From Saccostrea cucullata (lineage: Eukaryota), in assembly GCF_032062105.1 (NCBI RefSeq), contig NW_026918910.1, forward strand, positions 62,001 to 126,000: 64,000 nucleotides of DNA, given 5' to 3'. How positions within the stretch are numbered: position 1 is the first letter of the stretch; every line of letters starts with the position of its first letter. This document shows, in pieces, positions 13,101 through 25,303 of the stretch. A model generated the notes under the pieces. It saw only the letters and a program-made list of their open reading frames with translations. It was not told the DNA's origin and made no database searches. Both the position numbers and the translations under genes were made by a program.

Positions 13101-16026
13101 TGTATTAATTTTGACAAAATATTATGATTGAATAAAAACTTATCGAGATTTTAAAAATGCAAAAATCGGATCGCGGAGCAGGTCGAAATTAAGTCAGTTA
13201 CAGATAATACAATAAATAATGTCTATAGTCATATTCTCTGTAAAATGGAGGAAAAACGAAAAACTACCTAGAAATTCAAATTAAGAATTGTTACGTCGAT
13301 ACGTGCACCAAATCATGGTTTTATATTTTGCTTTATTGGAAAGAAATCAATTTGGGAAGATAAGTAGTCCTTATTGAAAACGACAAAAACGATGACGTTT
13401 TAGAACGTCACGGAGCAGCAAATACCGAAGCAATTTTGTGTTTTTCATAGGAAAAATCCTGAATAAACTCTAAAAATGTTGAAGGAATCAAGAAAATATG
13501 TTACAAGCGAGTTGTGCATGTGTGTACAGGCATAGTACAGGCATTATTTGAGTGACAGAGACTCTGTATCAGATGAGGATGACCTGTGGAGAAACGGTTT
13601 TACTGTAAACATCTGAACAAAACTTTAAAATTTGTTCAAAACGTAAATGAAAGACAAAGGCGCTTCAGAGTTGCTTGTCCTGTGAAAGCAGAGTTAAGTT
13701 CTAAAAGAAATTAAAACCTTAACAAATGAAATTATACAATGAGATCAATTATTAAAAAATAAATGTCAAGTATTAGAAAAGAATTTAATGAATGGGCATT
13801 GGAATATTCTGTGTGAAATGTATAGGGATAGTATCTATTATAAATTCTCGACGCTATGTGTTGACGTTACATTGCCGTTTTGTGTGCTCCGCGGGTACAA
13901 AACATATTGATTTTAAAATGTATTAAATTTATTTGTGTTAAATCGAATGGAATAAAACTTCACACATCAACAAAACAAATATTTTTACATATTATAATGT
14001 GCTTGTTTTAAATTTCCAGTGAGTAATATAACGAAGATGGACATCGTCCACAAACTTTTCGAACAACCCTCGTATATGTGTAGTTTCCAATTTTTCTTTC
14101 TTCAGTATTTTGCTAAATTTTAGCCATTGGGTTACTAATTTTCTATTTCTTTCAGGTATATACCAGTTTGCTGATATTCATTCCTGTTCAGAATTGAAAA
14201 ATGATGCTGAAAAATTTATCCACAAGAATTTTGTATCCACATCTCAGGAAGAGGAGTATTTAGAGCTCAGTGAAAATCTTGTTGTCGAGCTCTTAGAAAG
14301 TGAACAGTTGTGTGTGCCTTCTGAAACAGAGGTCCTCAAGGCTGCATTGAGATGGCTTCTACATGACCCACAAAACAGAAAGTTATCTGTGTTCAATATC
14401 CTTAACAATGTCAGGTTCCCCATTATATCAGAGACTGAGCTTGAGGAGGCTATGGAGGAATGCTATGATTTAAGTATCAAGATAGCCGTGAAAAAATTTG
14501 CACAAGACTTGATGAGTGATAGGAAGTTGTGTAATAAATTGAACTTAAGGCTCATTAAACCTCATCTAGTCCAACCAAGAAAGTCGGCAAGAAAAAGCAT
14601 TTATGTGATAGGTGGATACTTCCACGCAAAAGGTGGAAGGTGGAGTGACATTCATACACTAGAAACTGTGGAAAAATTTGATACCTTTTCTCATGAATGG
14701 GAGACCATTCCAAGCTTACAGTATCCCAGAAACCACATGGGCTCTGCAGTCATTAATGGACAGATATATGTAGTGGGTGGGGAGAATGAGTCCCTCATTT
14801 ATGACTTGGTGGAATGTTATGACCCCATCAGTAGAAAGTGGTCCACAGCCCCTCCCCTCACAGAACCACGCTGCGGGCATGGCTTAGCTTCTCTAGGAGA
14901 CTGTCTTTATGCCTTTGGGGGATGGGTGGGGACTGAATTGGGAGGCACAGTGGAGAAGTTTGACCCCACGGCAAATGAGTGGATGGTAGTCTGTAAAATG
15001 CCAACTCTGAGATTTGAAACAGCTGTTACTGAGTTAGATGGTGAGTATTATTAATGTTGATGCTTAAGAGTTAATGAATAAATATCATGATTATAATGAA
15101 ATAAAACATTTTTTGGATAAATATTTTTTGAAATGGAGAGGGAACTCTGTAGAGAGAAAAATGAAAATTCTAATTTACTTGAATGCAAAATACATCTTTG
15201 AACTGTCATTTCACTATAACAATTATTACATGTATAAAATTTGTATTTCAGGCCTAATTTACATTATTGGTGGAATGGATAAGGACTATGGATTCGGGTC
15301 AGAACTGACTACAGTAGAAAGTTTTAACCCAGTGACCAAGGAATGGGAGGAGTTACCTCCCTTGAACACACCCCGTGCCAATGCCAGTGTGGCCACTCTC
15401 AATGGCTACATTTATGTGATGGGGGGATTCAACACCAGGGATGGGGACCTGGCATCAGTGGAGAGGTACTCACCAGAAGAGGTTAGGAAAAAGTCTTTAA
15501 TTTTCTTGTTTTATGTTGTTTGCAGATTATATATTTTTTTCAGAGTATAATTTTAAAGATTTAAAAAGTAATGAATATAAGATCATGATTAATTCATTTC
15601 TTTTGGGGCTTGCATGCACAAGGATGCTATGTTGTGATGCACAATTGTACGTGTATTTTATAAAAGGATTTGGTGACTATTTCCTAATGTTAATACATGT
15701 AGTTGTAAATAAGTGAAGGTTCATATATGAAACTTAAAAATCCAAGTATGTATTACCTGCCATATACCCGGTATTATTGTCATTGTTCACAGAGTGTATG
15801 GGAGGCAGTGCCAGACATGAATCAGAAGAGGACTGCGCCTTGTTCAGTCAGTGTGAATGGATTGTTGTATGTGATGGGAGGTCGGCAGTTCTTTGTCAGA
15901 CTAGATATGTTCAGCTGTAACGAGACTATCAACAGTATGGAATGCTTCGACCCTATCTTAAACTGCTGGCATGAACTACCAGCCATGCCTACACCAAGGT
16001 GTGAAGCAGGTGCCGTTGTATTATAG
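10196..16026 (+). CDS. IPP: Actin-binding BTB-BACK-Kelch protein IPP (KLHL27) orthologue, about 583 aa
   Basis: Exons 10196-10230, 12027-12265, 12683-12811, 14156-15040, 15252-15481, 15793-16026 (1752 nt). IPP-diagnostic stretches: PRKSARKSIYVIGGY..GGRWSD, FDTFS, GGENESLIYD, GGWVGTELG, and C-terminal RCEAGAVVL. Confidence 0.93.
10299..11213. mobile_element. Non-autonomous hAT-type element
   Basis: Perfect 8-bp target-site duplication CCAATGAG (10291-10298 / 11214-11221), CAGG..CCTG termini, subterminal GTAATTG/AATTAC repeats. Confidence 0.8.
11421..11519 (-). mobile_element. tRNA-derived SINE / tRNA-like pseudogene
   Basis: Minus strand GGCCAGAAAGCTCAGTTGGTA (A box) ... GGGTTCGAATCCC (B box), followed by a pyrimidine-rich tail. 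The cloverleaf stems pair imperfectly. Confidence 0.65.
11640..11853. mobile_element. Short TA-flanked MITE
   Basis: TACAGTAGATTCCTTA ... TAAGAATTTACAGTA termini. Confidence 0.55.
12995..14072 (+). mobile_element. Decayed mariner-family transposon
   Basis: TIRs CGAGGGCTGTTCGAAAAGTTCGTGGAC / GTCCACAAACTTTTCGAACAACCCTCG with TA flanks. Frameshifted remnants resembling a mariner N-terminal HTH lie at about 13410-13590. Confidence 0.8.
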
Positions 16027-16710
16027 TGAAGGTGCAAAGAAGGCGCTGTGGTGTTATAGTGAAGGTGCAATGAAGGTACTGTGGTGTTATAGTTAAGGTG
16101 TGAAGAAGGTGTGTTATAGTGAAGATGTAAAACAGGTGCGGTGATTTTACTGTAAAGGTGTGAAGTAGGTGCTGTGGTGTTATGGTGAAGATGTGAAGAA
16201 GGTGTTGTGGTGTTACTGTAAAGAAGTGAAGCAGGTGCTGAGATGTTATAGTGAAGGTGTATAGAAGGTGCTGTGATGTCACCATAAAGGTGTGAAGAAG
16301 GTGCTGTGATGTTACAGTGTATAGCGAGGCAGGTATTGTGGTGTTATAGTGAAGAGTAAACAGATACTGTATGTTACTGTAAAGGTGCGAGGAAGGTGCT
16401 GTGATGATACTGTAGAGGTGGGAGGAAAATGCTGTGGTGTTATAGTGAAGGTGTAAAAGAGGTGCTGTGATGTTTCTGTAAAGGTATGAAGAAGGTACCA
16501 TGGTGTTATAGTTAAGGTGTGAAGGAGGTGCTATGGTGTTACTATAAAGGTGTGAAGAAGGTGCTGTGGTGTTTAGTTAAGGTGTGAAGAAGGTGCTGTG
16601 GTGTTATAGTGTGTAGCAGAGCAGGTGCTGTTATAGTTAGGATGTGAAGCAGGTGCTGTGATGTTATATTATAAAGCAGGTATGGTGATGCTATAGTTGT
16701 GGTGTTATAC
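15996..16710 (+). repeat. 33-bp tandem array (about 21 degenerate units) derived from the last codons and stop of IPP, lying in the 3' UTR
   Basis: The first unit AAGGTGTGAAGCAGGTGCCGTTGTATTATAGTG is the coding end RCEAGAVVL*. Later units follow AAGGTGTGAAGAAGGTGCTGTGGTGTTATAGTG. Confidence 0.92.
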
Positions 16711-17994
16711 TTAACTATCTAGAGAAAAAAATTGTTCCTTTTGCCATTATGGAAAGATTTTGAAGATGCTGTGATTCTAATGATATTGTACATATTACAG
16801 TTTATATCTGCAAGTGTTCTTGCTTTCACTTTCATGATTACTTGCATTTTGTTTTGGGAGTTTTTATCAAACCTGATCAGTGTGCATTATAAAATATTTT
16901 TTAAGCATGCATGGCAAATTATGACAAATTTTTTATATTGAAAATACATAAATAATGTAAAATCTAGTGCACGTAACTTTTCCACGTCACATGCAGTCAA
17001 CCCTCTTTATCTTGAACATGTTGGGGCTGAAAAAAATTATTTTCAAGTAAAAAATATGACACCTTTTATTTCCCTGCAGTTGTTTTCTGACTCTGTAAAC
17101 GGGAAGTTTGACAATATCAAAATGTGTATTTTACAGAAATGGTTTTTTTGAGCTTCCAATTTTTCAACATATCCCAAATATTCCAGATATCGGCATTGAG
17201 ATTACATTGTAGTAAAATTGTATATGTTAGAATTTTTATGGATGTTGGAAAAACAAAATGTAGAATTTTTGCATAGCTTTGCCTTATGTTTTTGAATTAT
17301 TGTAACATTGTTTTAATGCTCTTTGATTCCAATGAGCAATTGCTTGACAATGCTAACTTGTATCTTGTAATGAAGCCATGTCAGCTATAATTTGATTACC
17401 TTTCAAAAATAGTGCAAACATGTGTGTAGTGCAATATCACACATTTATAAACAAATCTCTGCTGATCAAATCCTCTTAATGTAGTTTTTGCAAGCAGAAT
17501 TAAAAGTATGTCAATCCAACTGTACTTGACCCCACAGTGTTAGGTTAACCAGCAGAAATCATTAGGAAATCTCCACATGTCCCAGTAGGAACTGGTTTAT
17601 TTATTTTCTTTGTTGTCTTCAGAGTTCCTATGAGGTATACATGTAGTTTTAGACTGATTTTGTGAGTTTTTTCCTTCAATTTTTTCATTGATATGTTAAT
17701 GATAAAATACATATTTATTGTGAGAGTCAATAGAGTTTCTATTAAAAGACCATTTACAGACTTGAAATTTTATTATCATTTAATATTATACACTGTAGAT
17801 AGACCAGAATGATAACAAATATTTGGTATCCTCTAAATTAATTTTCTGATGCTTTATGGTCACAAATTAGATATGCAACTTGTCTAAATATGAAAGGATT
17901 TTTTTCTACTTATAATTAAACAAATTTGTGTTTGTGAATCACCAATCCCAGGGTATGGCAGCCCATGGCAAGGGTTGAACTTTCTCATATGTAT

Positions 17995-18380
17995 TAATTA
18001 AGTCAAACTCCAAGGTGAAAAGTTAAAAATAATTGTACCTTAAAAGGTATTATCACAAGGAAAACACCCATGAAATGAAAATGCCCAAGCACCAAATGAA
18101 AAGGAATTGCCAGGATTATTATTTTTTTTTTCAAAAGTCTGTCAAACTCCAAGATAAAGGTCAAAAGGTCAACATTGTTGGTTTATGAGATATGAAAGCT
18201 CTAGCCCCAACTTTCAAAAGTCATTGCCAAAGCCGGTTATTTAAAAGTAGGTCAAGGTCAAAGGGTTGAAACTGTTAACACCCAAAGGCATGAGATTGAC
18301 ACAAGAGTTACACTGTGAAATATAAAAGCTGTAACTATAACTGTTCAAATGTTTTGGCCAAGGTTTTAAGTTTTTTTAAC
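17995..18380 (-). repeat. HINE satellite remnant (GGTCAAACTCCAAGGTCAAGGTCA family)
   Basis: Same monomer motifs as the arrays at 47268-48153 and 52832-54140. Confidence 0.6.
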
Positions 18381-18434
18381 TACCTAGTTAGAACTAGACA
18401 AGAATCCTTCTATAAGTTGATTGCGTAGCATACA

Positions 18435-18840
18435 CATTTCAGTAACCATTCAGTCATGCATATTTCAGTGTTCTATCAGTAGTCTTTAAGTGACCAATTA
18501 TCATATTTCAGTATCAATCCAGTTAGCATTTAGTTGTCATTCAGTCATATTTCAGTGACCCAATAACCAGTCAGTTTTCAGTAACTATCAGTCATATTTT
18601 AGTTATCTGTGTTTCCAAGAAAAATCTTTTTCCAAGGAAAATTCATTCATTTTTCAATTATAAATCAATGTACTGTATTCCATTCAGTCAATTTTCAGTG
18701 AAATTACTGTCATTTTTTCCAGATACAATTAAGAATCTATTTACCATTATACTCAGTATATTAATGCAAAGTACTAGTAAATAGAATTGAACTTCGATTT
18801 CTTCCAATACTTCTTTCAATTTCCAGTACTAATTACAGTT
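18435..18840. repeat. Degenerate TTTCAGT/CAGTCA low-complexity repeat
   Basis: Recurring ttcagtcat / atttcagt motifs. Confidence 0.45.
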
Positions 18841-19442
18841 AATTGGTGTAAACCATGCATTTATTGAAGGGGAATTAAAGGCAACATGATTATGCATTTT
18901 TTCGGACCCAATATATTAACCAAACTGATTTTCCGAGGCCATAAGACTGAAGGCATTTGTTTTAGTTTAAGGGGTTGACGAAGTGCATTTTGCCCGAGAA
19001 CACAGAAAATAATGTTTTGTTTAAACTTCTTGATATATCTTGCTTTTACTTCCATTTCTGCGTTAATTGATAAGGTATAGTTGATCAGGCTACTGTGTGA
19101 CGTAAAAAACGTCATAACAGACCAACATCTCATTGACAGGTCCAATATATCACTCAGCAGTCTAACTCTCTATTTTGTTGATCGCTCAGTAAAACATCGG
19201 AAATATTAGACTGCTTAGCGTAGATTTATAAAGGAAACAGTTTTAAAAGTATTGGTAATATATAATAAATGATGCAAAACAAATATATGTATGATAAATA
19301 AAAGGACAGTACAAAATATATTTTGTCGTTTTATTGATAGTCAATGACTCGGTTGTGTTGTATTTTTTGCAATCTATGTACACAAGTCATCATCAGTGTT
19401 TGTTGTATCAAAACATTCGTACTAATCCTGATAGGGCCTAGC

Positions 19443-19802
19443 TTGTACTTCACTGTCGCATCATCGAATATCGATGATAAGGAGTCGATAGCTCGATATT
19501 TAGTAATGCAATGGCGCCATGACAATGAAGCGATGGTCCAATAACGCGATAATCGTGCAACAGTGCGATGACGATGGTGCGGTAGCAGGAAGGAGTAGTG
19601 AACATCGCTTCATTGTCATCTGTACCATCGCCATCGCATTATTGCTATCACGTCGTCACGTCATCGCACTATCGCTTCATCTTCATTGCATTGTCATCCC
19701 CATTGCATCGATCATTGCCATGACACTATCGCTTCCTCATTATCGCGTTATCGCTCAATCGACCCAAACCACAATGGTGCAATGATGCAATAGTGAACTA
19801 CA
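19443..19802. mobile_element. Foldback-type MITE with CGATG/CATCG repeats
   Basis: TIRs TGTACTTCACTGTCGCATCATCG / CAATGATGCAATAGTGAACTACA. The left half is rich in CGATG and the right half in CATCG. Confidence 0.65.
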
Positions 19803-20842
19803 TGCCCTATCCGGATTCCCTGAATTCGTATATACTCTAAATTATTCCATTAATTATTGTAGAACATTCAAAAAACCTTGTGCTTGCATTATGTTTGAAG
19901 GCAACAGCATATGCAGACATTTTTTTTTTACTTTATGGTTATTGATATAAAGATGCTATGCTTCATATCTAAGAGTCGTAGGATGTTCAAACCAGCATGG
20001 TACTAAACTTCAATGCTTAGAAAAATGTATCATGCTAAATATACTGAAGAGTTTGTTTACCAACAATAAAAAGGCAGCTCGTTAGCACAGTAGGGGTACG
20101 AAATTGTGTGCGTTTGTACATGCATCTTATTTCCCTCTTTAAATACCGGTATTTCGAGAACTTTCAAGGCTTTTTCTCTGTAATTACTGTTTGAAAAGCT
20201 AAAATTCTCTTGTAATGACATACTTTGTCTTCAGAATTGAAAGTGTTAGCTAATTTGGTTTCATAAACTTCAATGACAAGAAAATTGTTGTTTACTCATG
20301 ACTCATTCTCAAGAAAGTATTGCCTTCTCAAGTCTAAATGGAGAAATACAACAATGATAAGATTTGTATGTCTATTTTGTTCATTTTAAATTTTAAATAG
20401 GACACGTAATGAGGGGATTAAAATATTAATTCCTACTTTGACTTGACCTGAAAACGAACATTTAATCTGAAGTGCGTCTGAAATATTCATAAGTGTTTGT
20501 AAATTGCCAAAAGCTATATTGTGAATTTACAGGGATATTGTAATATTTGACAATTGTTGAGATTTCCTATTCACAGAAAAGGAAAATATGTTTTTAAGCC
20601 ACGCTTGTTGCATCACTATCATAACGACAACCTTTGGACCCTCCATATGAGCGATGATGCAAGGCCTCCAAGACATCACGTGGGGATACCGGTATCATTC
20701 CAAGAACGAAATTTGATTGGTGCAATTTGCCACACCTCCAACTATTATTTTTGTCTTTTTGTAAAAATAGCAAATATTTGCTTATTTGTTATTATTAAAT
20801 GTCCAACTAGCCAACAAGTTGTGCTCAGCAAAAAGGAAGAAA

Positions 20843-23409
20843 ATGACACAGCAAGTTGTCTACGTTTTCAGTGTTTTTAGCCTTATTTTGCTGACCATTG
20901 TGCCTTGCAGCAATTCATTATTTTTCTCAGAATTACTTGGAATAAAAACGGTTGAAACAGTAGGACACAATGAAACGGCGAAAGAATCAAGAAATTTGAC
21001 TACCAAACAAAACGTTACATCTAATAGTGATGCAGAAGAAAATGATAACGAATCGACAGTACAGGAAAATTACTCAAGTAAAACAAATTCAAGTGTAAAT
21101 GAAACTAAAGCAGAAATCGGTAAAGAAGCTGGATTACCAATGTCGCCAGAAGAAGAACTCAATGCAGAAGAAAATATGCACCTCGAATTTATTAAGAAAC
21201 AGTTAATGACAAAACTACGACTTTCCTCCCCTCCTGTAGCTGATGGTCAGACCCCAGTCCTGCCGCTCGTGGAGCTAGGGAGGGGGTATCTACATACTCA
21301 ACACGACCAGGGGAAGAACAAATACAAGGCCCATCACTTTTACGCCAAGACCTTGCAACTCTACGTCATGGGCAAAGACGGTAAGAAAAAATTTGTTTAA
21401 TCTACGGGTTTTTTCCAACTACTGAAAATCATTTCTTATTCCCGGGAACTTTATTCACGCAGGTAAGTATTCACGCTAATATCAGATTGATTCTCGCGTA
21501 TATTTGAATAAGTAAGGAACAAAAATGTCCAAAGCTTGCGAAAATTTTTTCTCGTTTTTCCAAACAGCTTACTCGCGTAAATAAAATGTCGCGAAAATTT
21601 AGTGATTTTCAGTAATAAACATTTAAAAAATCCAAACAAGAAATTGTTTACTAGGATTTGTGAAGTATTTGACCATTTGAAATTTTTTCTACGTATACAG
21701 TTATTGCAATCCAAAAATGATGTTATCTATGAAAAGCAATTAACATAAAGAGTATGTTATTATATTACAGTGACGAATTTCTCCAATCGTAAGCATTTAG
21801 TAAATCACATTTTGACACTTTTTCCCCATTTTTTCTGAACTGATCTATTCTAACATATCACAAACTCTGTCAGAAAAGAAAATCAAACACATTTTCGATG
21901 TCTAATCTTCACAAATGTAAACTGTATTCGACTGTATTCGTCTTGTCACATGTAGTTCCGTGGCACATGAACATTAAGTGCGATAACATTCATCTCTTCA
22001 TGCCCCCTCCCTCCTCTATTAAGCTGCATAAATATCGAGCTATTCTTTAAATTTTATTTGAACAAAATACATGTAGATATTTATCTGTTGGAAGTTAAGT
22101 ATGGGAGCTGTGTATGAAGAGATGTGCTTTATATGCCAGGATCCACGCTTTAGGAGCCTGTGATCTGTGCCAACCCGACTGCATGTATACTAGACTACTA
22201 GTATTCAAAAGTAATCAGCAATTACTCTGATATGGCTCCTGCCAATTTTACTTATCAAAGGAAGAATAAAAAAAAAAAAAATAGCAAATTTAAATTATCT
22301 TAATTCATTGTTGATTTTTTTTTCATTCCAAATTATGAGATGTGTGTCGCCGCTGGTTTTATATACAATTAATAAATAATGTCACTTAAAAATAATATGC
22401 CTTTATACACATGTACGTTGGTTGTATTTAGTGATCTTGATTTTATTTTATTTCAGAAACGGAGCACTGCAGCTATCGTAAATCTGCAGGTTGCTACTAT
22501 TTTGACGTAAACGGAAAAGTAGACGCCAGCGATGTTGTAAATGCAGAACTTTGGATATATAAACTTTTCTATCACAGAGACCCTTTTATACAAACATTTG
22601 TTGTCTCAGAACTTGGCAGATCTAACAGAGCCGAGAGAAAGGTTCGTCCACGTAATATCATAAAACGGTTTGAGACCAAAATCAAACATGGATGGCTGAA
22701 AATTGACGTCACAGAAACCGTTGTTCGGTGGTTGCAGAAACCGAGAAGAAATGACGGCATTTCTATATTGTGTAAAGGATGTCAACGAAAAAACCATAAG
22801 ACAATATTCAGTTCTAAATATGATTCCATGCCATTTTTGGCCATAAAGACCAGAAAAGGCGTCAGAGAGCGGAGGCGCGTGAGGCGATCGACGCCTGTGC
22901 AGTGTTCGATTGGATATGAGGGCTGCTGTCTGATGCCTATGGAGATCAATTTTGATGCAATCGGATGGACTGGAATTGTGGCCCCCAAAAAGTTACACTA
23001 TGCTTATTGTCGAGGTTCTTGTAACGGCATGTATCATTTTTACTCAGATATTTACATTTTGATGCAAAGGTTTAAATTCCATTTGAGGAAAATCCTTTAT
23101 GGAAAGATACGGTATCTGTGTTAGGTATAATTTAACCAAATAATGGAAATTAAATGAATGAAAGTTGGTATAAATTTTAATTAGCATACCTTGTCCATTC
23201 CAGATGAAATAGATGCCCACAGTGAACACAGTCGAATGATACAAAGTTACAGGCATTCTGACGTCGCTACACCCAAAGAAAGGCGGGAAATGACGCCATG
23301 TTGTTCCCCAATTTCGTTTGCTTCCCAATCTATGCTAATAACAATCAATTCAACTGTGATTCATCACAATGTTCCAAACATAATACCTACAGCGTGTGGG
23401 TGTTTGTGA
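20843..23409 (+). CDS. TGF-beta superfamily ligand precursor (activin/inhibin-beta/myostatin-like, 9-cysteine mature domain), about 437 aa
   Basis: Exons 20843-21380, 22457-23026 (GC donor), 23204-23409. Signal peptide MTQQVVYVFSVFSLILLTIVPCSNS; prodomain LEFIKKQLMTKLRLSSPP, AELWIY, GWLKIDVT; furin site RRRVRR; cystine knot C..CC..GW..IVAP..CRGSC..PCCSP..CGC. Confidence 0.92.
21422..21611. mobile_element. Short TA-flanked MITE
   Basis: TACTGAAAATCA ... TGATTTTCAGTA termini; related to 41603-41789. Confidence 0.6.
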
Positions 23410-24549
23410 AAGCAGAAGTGCATTGCTGGGATTTTGTTATATGCATAGCAAAACAATATAGGGCAGTGTTTGAGCAACTATCAATGCAATCAGTTAAATT
23501 ATATAATTAAAAGATTTACCTGGATATTTTTCATATGTTACTGAAATATATCTTTGAGTTGAAATTAGTTCTTCATTCCAATTTAATAATCCGGTGAATA
23601 CGAAGAATTTGCCGAGACGGGCATACAGATTTATCTACTAAATAAGACGTATAGTGAACTCATCTTCCTCCGTCATGAGCATGGAAAAGTGGACGAAATG
23701 TACAAATCCTTGTCAAAATTCGATTTTAAAAAAAGATCAAGAATATAGAACCCTAAATACTTATATTAGGATATTTAAAAGTTTAAAAATTTGCTTACAA
23801 ACAGTATTCATGATGCTGTCAATATATATCCTCCCTAACCATTGTTTTCCATTTAGGTCAATCAGCAAAAAATTTGACACCTCTTAATTTTTTGAAATAT
23901 TTATTAAATTACTATTAACAGTATATTTCGAGAAATATATTTCATATAAATGAAACAAAATATTAAAATAGAGGAAAGAACCAGCTTTCTTACACATGTA
24001 TATAATTAACATTAACCTATGAAACTGAAAATATTAATTGCGATGTAAATATGTCACTCCACTTTAGGAAACTTGTTTTCAAAGAAAAAGATTGGTCCTT
24101 GAGATATTTATCCAAATAGTTAGGGCACAAGCACCAATTTAAATATCAGTTAAAAGGCGTCAAGTACTTTCCTTAGAAAAAAAACACAAAGGCAAGGGTT
24201 AACACGTAATTGGGATTCCCTTATGCTGCCAATAATGTAGACTATGTGGACGGAATAAGCGAGGGAATCCGAAAGGATGTTGAACTGAAATCAGCGTTTC
24301 GTTCAAGGTCTTGATGCCATGTCAAAAATAAATAGGTTTTGATTAGTTCAGCAAAAATAAATTCCTTCGAATTTTCTGTCCATGTAGCAATAAAAACCTG
24401 CTGTTTCCCGTGGTTTTCACTTGGTTGTACTGAGGTAACGGGGGTCAGGAATGGGGATAATGTCAGATTGCTGCAGAAAAGCTATAAATCAGTTCTAAAA
24501 GTACTCCGTAGAAAAGTTCATTCAGCAAATTTTTGCTTCGTGGATCTTT

Positions 24550-24554
<5 letters not shown>

Positions 24555-24632
<78 letters not shown>
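24555..24632. repeat. (TA)n microsatellite
   Basis: About 39 TA units, a few bases downstream of the stop codon of the minus-strand gene. Confidence 0.97.
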
Positions 24633-24637
<5 letters not shown>

Positions 24638-24638
24638 A

Positions 24639-25260
24639 CTAAGACGCTGTTTTCTTTGCTGCTTCCTTTTGGGCGGTTAGGTCCTCTAACTCCTCGATCA
24701 TTGCCGAAGCCTAGAACAAAAATAAATAATAAAAACACTTCTTTTTACTCTTATACAAGAATACTTTTCATGATGTTTAATTCTTAAAATTTTCTATTTG
24801 TCGCGCGTCGCTTGATAGTCAAAAATAGAAAGAATCTGAAAGATCCCCCCAACCTAAGTTACTTTGATAAAAAGGACTCATCTTCAAATCTACCTAAAAA
24901 TTAGATATAATCAGAATCTGATTACGTGTATTTGTTCCAACATCCAACTCACAACTGTAAGCACCAGAAAAGAAGAGTACACATGTAGTCAAAGAAGTGC
25001 AAATGCACTTATAGATTATCACGGATGTACGTATAAGTGACGCGCATTTAGCGAGATTCTCTTCTCTTTTAACCTGGACTCTCATCGTGGATCCAGGATT
25101 TTTTTACCCGGGGGGGGGGGGGTAAAAGGTCGAACTTTGAAAAATTTTCGACAACTAGGCTAAGTCGAATTACAATAGATCTGTGTTACCTGGGGTGGGG
25201 TCCTAGGTTTTTATTTCGTCCTAGGTCTAGGCAAAACCTTCCTCTAGATTTAGGCATCTC

Positions 25261-25303
<43 letters not shown>

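Noticed and set aside
15989-16501. 170-aa minus-strand ORF rich in H/T/L
   Set aside because: Antisense translation of the 33-bp array.
24339-24787. ORFs with (YI)n tracts
   Set aside because: Translation of the (TA)n microsatellite. The true coding segment here is the minus-strand exon 24639-24710.
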